Source of the DNA: Pseudomonadota bacterium
Lineage (GTDB): Bacteria > Myxococcota_A > UBA9042 > GCA-2863065
NCBI GenBank assembly: GCA_005776725.1
Contig: SXOO01000217.1
Span: 2,944 to 66,943 of the forward strand
Direction: 5' to 3'
DNA length: 64,000 nt
The position numbers were made by a program, and so were the translations under genes. The notes below the pieces were generated by a model. The model was not told the DNA's origin. It did no database searches and worked only from the letters and a program-made list of their open reading frames with translations. This document shows, piece by piece, positions 58,901 to 64,000 of the stretch (the first letter of the stretch is position 1; every line of letters starts with the position of its first letter).

Positions 58901-60289
58901 CGCCTGCACTACACGCGTATCCCAGACCTGTACAAGGCAGACGCCGAGAACGCGATCAACAACCTGTACGACCGCAAGTTCGTGCCGGTGACCACCCTCG
59001 ACGACACCGTGGTCGAGGTTCCCTACCGGTTCTGCTCCGACGAGCTCTCGTACCGCATCCCGACGTGCGCCACGCGCGACTCGGGTGCGGACTCCTTCGA
59101 GATCGTGCGCAACGCCCTCGAGGACTACGAGCAGTACTGGCCCATCTGGGGCTACTGGCACGAGAGCCTCTTGTTCCAGCCGTCCATCTACTACAACCGC
59201 GTGGCGTTCACGTTCGGCGCGATCAAGATGCAGCTGCAGTGGTGGGCCCTCGAGGTCCAGCGCTTCAACCGCAACGGCTGGTGGCAGGACCGCTTCGGCA
59301 CCACGTGGGACCAGGACGAGAACGCGGGCCTCAACGGCGCGGTCGCTGTTCAGGACTCCCTCAACGTCCTCGCCGCGGCCTTCGGTCGCCCGGAGCCCGG
59401 TACGCACGGCTACAACGTGAAGAAGAACGTGTACGAGCCGCTGCCGTACCTCGATAGCTCGCTCTACTCGAACTACAAGCTGATCACGCCGATCAACTGC
59501 GACGCCCGCGACCTCTACCCCGCGTACGACTACGACGGCTACCTGCCGATCGCCACGCGCGCCGGCGCCATCTACGACCGCCTCGTGGCGTTCGAGGTGC
59601 TCGCTGACCCGACGGGTATGTTCATCGCGAACGACCAGCAGAACGACGTGACCAAGTACCTCCTCAGCTACTACACGCTGTTCCCGAAGGAGCTCATGAA
59701 CCTCTACTCCGGCATGGTCGCGAACAAGACGGACCTCTGGGGCTGGTACATGGTCACCAACGACAAGGGCACCCCCGACCACTGCGTGCGCCGCAACATC
59801 CGTGGGCCCGAGGCGAAGTCCATCGACGAGATGACCGCCGAGCTGGTGCCTGGCCAGAAGGTTTGGGCCCTGAATCCCGAGCCGGAGTACACGTTCCCGA
59901 CCACGCGCTTCCGCGTCCCCATGCTGGCGGCGCTCTACGGCCTCTCGATGTTCAACGACGCCTACGACCAGTCCTTTACGGACGTCACGCGCGTCTTCGT
60001 GGACGGCCACAAGGACGGGATCACGCCCAGCGATGACGCTGACGTGGTGAGCTTCACGGATCCGCTGAGCGGCAAGACCTACTCCGCCACGGTATCGAAG
60101 TTCTCCAGCGGGCTCTTCCACCCGGGCAAGTACATGATCGAGCGGCTCGAGGCCGAGCTCGCCGAGTACAACGACCTGAGCGAGCTGCAGGAGAACTACA
60201 ACTACAGCGAGTACCAGTTCGTGATCGACAAGCTCGAGCTGCTCCGCGGTATGAACGCGGCGTACGACGGGACTGCGGTCTACTTCTAG
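55913..60289 (+). CDS. Second giant zinc metalloprotease lipoprotein, paralog of the preceding gene, 1458 aa
   Basis: ATG at 55913, lipobox TAVGC, HEVGHTLGLRHNF, Met-turn SVMDY. Shares W.(F/Y).QT..D.P, AAFP.E.HFD, KFGFF..ER, GD.RY, GYGPS..D..G, VPYRFCSDE and F.DP..GKTY with its neighbour. Confidence 0.9.
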   Translation: MKTMFRHLFALTLAGGAATAVGCAQELEEINRVQNNVTKKADLRGEWYYRQTVVDAPYTSLEFFPGNQSMLSRGVFEIQSGTLYFFRTYELMIGGETLGAASDIDTPLYEVDANGEVVIDAKTGKPKPVTYLRRVGDELVTVQKYVYRGVPLAAFPIEKHFDIQQGYNPFTGEATNVTDENSSDRQWWETEYMRVNWGASSFKPVDSVSNGSGGTSVEEYFDEEREPAEAPVYERSATGDLTYFDYLSRKTMGAPTSYLEDYGVIPSCLYYPWYLGQVAECVSERVTFREAFKRVEPSDYVAWDYDDKNLKKFGFFRNERSQYDAVYGNTFSGASRRIQRHRMWETYVVKQGAACDLAADSDAQNSCQAGEVCEALADGKAFCVNADANDRLDYSKMTPKPVVYYMSEQYPRELVPEAVQLAANWSTPLVDVVAVRKGTAPEHPMFIVCENNRAEAAAAMQALGKDVNNAADVEEAQKAGLLGEIDPTFCADMDKTKRFGDLRYSLLASVNAPISYGLYGYGPSSADALSGENLSANAYMYTPAMKQGANMAMVAIELQTGIRSFWESVYANHVRDVGEKGRLGAAQGGLPKYTLATARLAAKGLLTPDVRERLETMGVEKTDGAYAENRMALLAKNAPELAAELVTEDVKVMLRDPSLAFPEKDTTDKLVARAGMQVWGHHRGNLGKKLEEMRVNSTRACRFEDHFADNAILGLAREYGQAMDQAVCDAAKASGNPHFDFQVFEEYQGPCDSEGAESADGLLKCVNVATGASQEGLFWENRCSVGQLKAQIANAVVDLEQTNPYYFANDYFPPDPIYTNTKHESLNAAQMVIRDAIEAKRGELVTALYKRIYQGVAEHEVGHTLGLRHNFEASTDAINFGKEYWDLKGKFGQDGKFHATDMFAGETAYQTKNMMRQMQSASVMDYSAKFNDRFQGVGYYDRAAIRYGYGGLVEVFNKTPDTEQFAKYMEDPADTDPSNTALVPDLSTTPLESVFKRLHYTRIPDLYKADAENAINNLYDRKFVPVTTLDDTVVEVPYRFCSDELSYRIPTCATRDSGADSFEIVRNALEDYEQYWPIWGYWHESLLFQPSIYYNRVAFTFGAIKMQLQWWALEVQRFNRNGWWQDRFGTTWDQDENAGLNGAVAVQDSLNVLAAAFGRPEPGTHGYNVKKNVYEPLPYLDSSLYSNYKLITPINCDARDLYPAYDYDGYLPIATRAGAIYDRLVAFEVLADPTGMFIANDQQNDVTKYLLSYYTLFPKELMNLYSGMVANKTDLWGWYMVTNDKGTPDHCVRRNIRGPEAKSIDEMTAELVPGQKVWALNPEPEYTFPTTRFRVPMLAALYGLSMFNDAYDQSFTDVTRVFVDGHKDGITPSDDADVVSFTDPLSGKTYSATVSKFSSGLFHPGKYMIERLEAELAEYNDLSELQENYNYSEYQFVIDKLELLRGMNAAYDGTAVYF

Positions 60290-60299
60290 TCCTCACCTG

Positions 60300-60358
60300 A
60301 GCCCGGGGCCGCGCGAGCGCCAAACTTCGAGTTGGCGCTCGGGCACGACCCACGGGCT
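60300..60358 (+). other. Long GC-rich hairpin after the protease operon
   Basis: Perfect CGAGCGCCAA/TTGGCGCTCG stem (60314-60341), extended by AGCCCG/CGGGCT. Confidence 0.6.
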
Positions 60359-60422
60359 GTGGGCCGCCCCCTGACGGTGCCCTGGAGGCCCCGCTCACCG
60401 GGAGCGAAACAACACCCGCTGT

Positions 60423-60457
60423 CACGACGCCGGCCTCGCGCCGGCGTTCGTGTTTCT
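60423..60457 (+). terminator. Likely intrinsic terminator
   Basis: CACGACGCCGGC-loop-GCCGGCGTTCGTG followed by TTTCT (short U tract). Confidence 0.5.
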
Positions 60458-60510
60458 GGATACCGGTGCGCGCCGTTGACAGGCCGGCCGGGCGAAGGGA
60501 CAACCGCGCA

Positions 60511-61449
60511 GTGCTCGCCACCGCCAAGGACCTCGATCGTGTACTGGCCCGGCGTTTCCTCGTCGTGGCGGGGAAGGGCGGAGTGGGCAAGTCCACCGTC
60601 TCGGCGGTGCTGGCGCGCGTCGCCGCGGGTCGGGGCAAGCGGGTGCTCGTGGTGGAGCTGGGCGGGCGAGAGCGCGTAGCGCGCCTCCTCGGGCACCCCG
60701 AGCCGGTGGGCTATACGCCCACGCGCGTCCTCCCCAATGTCCACGTCATCAACGTGCAGCCGGGCGTGGCCCAGCGCGAGTACGGATTGATGAAGCTGCG
60801 CTTCGAGCGTGTCTACGACCTCGTCTTCGAGAACCCCCTCATGCGTTCGCTCACGCGGTGGATCCCGGGGATGAACGAGCTCGTGTTGATCGGCAAGGCC
60901 TGGCACCTCGAGCAGGAGCGGGAAGCGGGGCGGCCGCGGTGGGACACGCTCATCGTGGATGCGCCCGCAACGGGGCACGGGATCTCGCTCTTGCAGCTGC
61001 CGCATGTCGTCACCGAGAACGTGAAGCGCGGACCGCTCGCCGAAGAGGTGCTGGTGATCCGTGACATGCTCACCGACGCCGACCGCACCTGTATGAGCCT
61101 CGTCACACTGTGCGAGGAGATGCCCGTGCGCGAGACGCTCGACCTCGAGCGCGCGATGCAAGACACGCTGCGTATCGCGCCGGGCCTGCTCGTCTTGAAC
61201 GGGCTCTATCCCGAGCGTCCGACGCCGGCGGTCCAGCACCGGTTGGCCCAGCTCGAGGGCAGCTCCAGCGCTGCCCGCGCGGCGCTGTTCCTGTCGGAGC
61301 GGCGGCGCGTACAAGAGAGTCACCGCGCGCTGCTCGACAGCCGCTCACAGCTCCCTCAGGTGGCGCTGCCTTACGTCTTCCGGCCAGAGTTCGACGCGGC
61401 GGCCGTGGAGTCCCTCGCGCGTGAGCTCGAGCACTCGACGACCTGTTGA
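60511..61449 (+). CDS. ArsA/Get3-related P-loop ATPase (Rv3679-like)
   Basis: VAGKGGVGKST deviant Walker A, IPGMNEL, IVDAPATGH, TLCEEMPVRET, LVLNG. GTG at 60511 follows TTGACA-N17-GACAAC. Confidence 0.85.
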   Translation: MLATAKDLDRVLARRFLVVAGKGGVGKSTVSAVLARVAAGRGKRVLVVELGGRERVARLLGHPEPVGYTPTRVLPNVHVINVQPGVAQREYGLMKLRFERVYDLVFENPLMRSLTRWIPGMNELVLIGKAWHLEQEREAGRPRWDTLIVDAPATGHGISLLQLPHVVTENVKRGPLAEEVLVIRDMLTDADRTCMSLVTLCEEMPVRETLDLERAMQDTLRIAPGLLVLNGLYPERPTPAVQHRLAQLEGSSSAARAALFLSERRRVQESHRALLDSRSQLPQVALPYVFRPEFDAAAVESLARELEHSTTC

Positions 61450-61464
61450 GCCAAGGAGCCCCTC

Positions 61465-62784
61465 ATGTCCAATGAGCCCCTGCCACGCGGCGTTCAGCCG
61501 CTTGGCGCGACGCCGTTCGGTAGTCGGACGGTCGAGGCGTTCCGCCTCGACAACGGCCTCCGCCTCGTGGTCCTCCCGCAGCCGCGAGGTAGCGTGTTCG
61601 CCTGGCATACCTGGTTTGGCGTCGGGTCGAGGCACGAGCTACCGGGCCGCACGGGGATCGCCCACCTGTTCGAACACATGATGTTCAAGGCGACCCATCG
61701 CTTCGGCGACGGCGAGTTCGACCGCGCGATGGAGGCCCGGGGGGCGCAAACCAACGCCGCCACGTGGCTCGATTGGACCTACTACCACGAGGTGCTGCCC
61801 GTCTCGGCGGAGAACCTCGACTTCGTCGCCGAGGTCGAGGCAGACCGCATGGTGAACCTGCGCGTCGACCACGGGCAGCTCACGGCAGAGCGCGAGGTGG
61901 TGCTCAACGAGCGCCGGTATCGCGTGGATGACGATCCCGAAGGGCGCCTCGGCGAGCGCCTCTCCTCGCTGCTCTTCGGCGCCGAGCACCCTTACGGCTG
62001 GCCCACGATCGGCTGGTTGCCCGACATCGAGGCGATCTCCACCGGCGACTGCGAGGACTTCTACAAGACTTGGTACGCGCCCAACAACGCCACGGTCGTG
62101 GTCGCCGGCGGCGTGGGCGTCCACGAGGTGGTGGCGCGGGTCGCGGCGCGTTACGGCGGGCTCTCGGCCTCAACCCTGCCACAGCGTCCGACGCCCCCGG
62201 ACCTGAGGCCATCGGCGCCGCGCAGGGACGAGCTCCTCCTTCCCCTCAGCGCCGACCGCCTGCACTTCGGCTGGGTCGGGCCAGCGCTGGATACGCCCGA
62301 CAACGCGGCGATCGAGGTGGCAGTGGAGCTGCTCGTTGGCGGCGAGTCCTCGCGCCTCGTCCGTCGCCTCGTGGATGAGCTGGAGCTGGCGACCAGCGTC
62401 GACGGATTCGCGCCCCAGTTCCGCTACCCCGGGCCGATGGAGCTCTTCGTGTCTGCCCGCGAGCCGGGGGCCGGCGAGGCCATAGAGGCCGAGATCGTCT
62501 CGGGGCTCGAAGCGCTGGGCGCCGAGGTTCCGCTGGAGCGGGAGGTGCGTCGCGCCAAGAACCAGCTGGAGGCCTCGACGTACCGCTCGAACTACTCGGC
62601 CAACGCGGTCGCAGGGAAGCTGGGTTTCTACGACGCTACGGTCGGAGACTTCTCCGGGTTCCAGCGTCACATCGATCGGGTTCGCGAGGTCACTCCCGAC
62701 GATGTCCGCCGTGTCGCGCGGACCTACCTCGACCCACAGCGTCGCGCGGTCGTCATCGGTCGTCCCGACGGGAGCGCCACATGA
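61465..62784 (+). CDS. M16B zinc peptidase, catalytic subunit
   Basis: LDNGL, VGSRHE...GIAHLFEHMMFK (inverted HxxEH), NAAT, EREVVLNERR, HPYGWPTIG, WYAPNNA. AAGGAG RBS. Confidence 0.93.
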   Translation: MSNEPLPRGVQPLGATPFGSRTVEAFRLDNGLRLVVLPQPRGSVFAWHTWFGVGSRHELPGRTGIAHLFEHMMFKATHRFGDGEFDRAMEARGAQTNAATWLDWTYYHEVLPVSAENLDFVAEVEADRMVNLRVDHGQLTAEREVVLNERRYRVDDDPEGRLGERLSSLLFGAEHPYGWPTIGWLPDIEAISTGDCEDFYKTWYAPNNATVVVAGGVGVHEVVARVAARYGGLSASTLPQRPTPPDLRPSAPRRDELLLPLSADRLHFGWVGPALDTPDNAAIEVAVELLVGGESSRLVRRLVDELELATSVDGFAPQFRYPGPMELFVSAREPGAGEAIEAEIVSGLEALGAEVPLEREVRRAKNQLEASTYRSNYSANAVAGKLGFYDATVGDFSGFQRHIDRVREVTPDDVRRVARTYLDPQRRAVVIGRPDGSAT

Positions 62785-64000
62785 GCCCCCCTGTGATCGC
62801 AATCGAGGAGCGCGAGTACCCCTACGCGTTCGTCGAGCTCGCCTTTCCCCGCGGCGGGCGCCTCGACCCGGAGGGGCTCGAGGGCCTCACCACCGTGACC
62901 GCGGAGATGCTGCTCCGCGGCGCCGGTCCGCTCGGGTACGAGGCCTTTCAGGAGGCGCTCGAGGACCTCGGGGCGTCGCTGGACGTCACGGCCACGCGCG
63001 AGGCGGTGATCGTGTCCGGAGAGTGCCTCACCGCGTCGTGCGACCAGTTCTTCGCCCTCGTACGCGACGCGTTGCTCCGTCCGCGGCTCGAGGCGAAGGA
63101 GCTGGACCGCGTGGTTCGCCAGTTCGTGGCCGAGCTCGAAGAGGTGAAGGACAACGACGAAGAGCTGGCGCAAGAGGCGTTTGTCCAGCTGCTCCTGGCG
63201 CCCGATCCGGGCTCTCGACCGCTCCGCGGGACGCCCACCTCGTTGAAGCGCATTCGAATCCGCGACATCAAGCAATGCGCCGAGCGCCTCCTCGTCAGCG
63301 AGGGGACTGTCCTCGGGTCCGCGGGCGACCTCGACAGCGAGACCCTGGACGCAGCCCTCGGGCGCGGCCTCGGTCTCCCGGACCGACCGCTCCCTCCTAC
63401 GGCGCCGTGGCTGGCGCGCCCGGCCGAGGGCATCGAGGTCTGGTTGGTCGACAAGCCCGACCGGACGCAGACGCAGATCTTCGCCGGTCACGCCGCCCCC
63501 GCGATCACCCACCCCGACATCCACGCGCTCACGGTGGCCAACACGATCTTCGGGGGAACGTTCACCGCCCGCCTCTCCCACGAGATCCGGGAGAAGCGCG
63601 GCTGGTCGTACGGGGCCTACTCCACGTTCGCCGCGGGTCGTGATCTGCCCGGTGCCCCCGACACGGGCTCCTTCTGGTTCCGCTATTACCCGGCCACGAA
63701 GGACGCCATCCCCGCTTTGTCGCTGGGCCTCGAGATGCTGCGCGCGTTCGCCGCCGAGGGGCCGACCGAAGCCGAGGTCGAGTTCGCGAAGCGCTACCTG
63801 TTGAACCAGCTGCCCTTCCGGACGGAGACGCCGATGAAGCGCCTCGCCGAGGCGATCCAGTGTCGCCTCTTGGGCCTGCCACCCGACGCCCTCGAGCGCC
63901 ACCTCGCGGCGGTGGCCGCGCTGGAGCGTCCGGCCGTGGCGGCTGCGGCGGCGAGGTGGCTGCGCCCTGACGACCTCCGCGTCGTCATGGTGTGCACGGC
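62781..64000 (+). CDS. M16B peptidase non-catalytic partner subunit (runs off the window)
   Basis: Not in the ORF track. The ATG overlaps the upstream TGA and reads MSPPVIAIEEREYPYAFVELAFPRGGRLDPEGLEGLTTVTAEMLLRG (no HxxEH). Later GGTFTARLSHEIREKRGWSYGAYS carries the R/Y pair. Confidence 0.88.
   Translation, partial: MSPPVIAIEEREYPYAFVELAFPRGGRLDPEGLEGLTTVTAEMLLRGAGPLGYEAFQEALEDLGASLDVTATREAVIVSGECLTASCDQFFALVRDALLRPRLEAKELDRVVRQFVAELEEVKDNDEELAQEAFVQLLLAPDPGSRPLRGTPTSLKRIRIRDIKQCAERLLVSEGTVLGSAGDLDSETLDAALGRGLGLPDRPLPPTAPWLARPAEGIEVWLVDKPDRTQTQIFAGHAAPAITHPDIHALTVANTIFGGTFTARLSHEIREKRGWSYGAYSTFAAGRDLPGAPDTGSFWFRYYPATKDAIPALSLGLEMLRAFAAEGPTEAEVEFAKRYLLNQLPFRTETPMKRLAEAIQCRLLGLPPDALERHLAAVAALERPAVAAAAARWLRPDDLRVVMVCT

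Noticed and set aside
49529-60289. Slightly lower GC of the barrel/protease operon as a sign of horizontal transfer
   Set aside because: Third positions remain strongly G/C, and there is no integrase, tRNA or flanking repeat. Amino-acid composition and expression bias explain it better.
60340-60460. Possible tRNA-Sec or SRP RNA (CCGGTGAG / CGGTGCCCTG fragments)
   Set aside because: No TTCA anticodon arm, no GTTCGA T-loop with acceptor stem, and no SRP domain IV (CAGG..GGAA..AGCAG).

Overview
GC-rich, gene-dense chromosomal window from a Myxococcota-like bacterium. The assignment is an inference from a MYXO-CTERM tail, an MXAN_5187-like protein, a Hanks kinase and many Cys-rich lipoproteins. 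About 38 genes are supportable. I found no rRNA, tRNA, CRISPR array or mobile element. Main blocks: (1) Cys-rich surface proteins, including a phosphodiester-glycosidase/7-blade-propeller protein. (2) degP, an RlmD-RluA fusion, mlaE, a REC-Hpt-REC-REC-GGDEF protein and ssb. (3) A translationally coupled menaquinone operon (menF-menD-menA-menC/E fusion-polyprenyl synthase-menG), divergent from a GbsR/MarR regulator, with two GTTGTTCA-N8-TGAACAAC-like palindromes between them. (4) An envelope lipid/glycan cluster. (5) tal, an orphan NurA-like gene, IPT/TIG and Cys-rich lipoproteins, kinase/TPR, an HflX-TPMT fusion and an acyl-CoA carboxyltransferase. (6) The best candidate for an undescribed system: an operon behind a sigma54-type promoter that encodes a ~12-stranded outer-membrane beta-barrel and two giant paralogous metzincin lipoproteins. 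It is followed by an ArsA/Get3-like ATPase and an M16 peptidase pair. Many start codons were re-assigned by eye from the ORF track using RBS and stop/start overlaps. All family calls come from motif recognition, not database searches.
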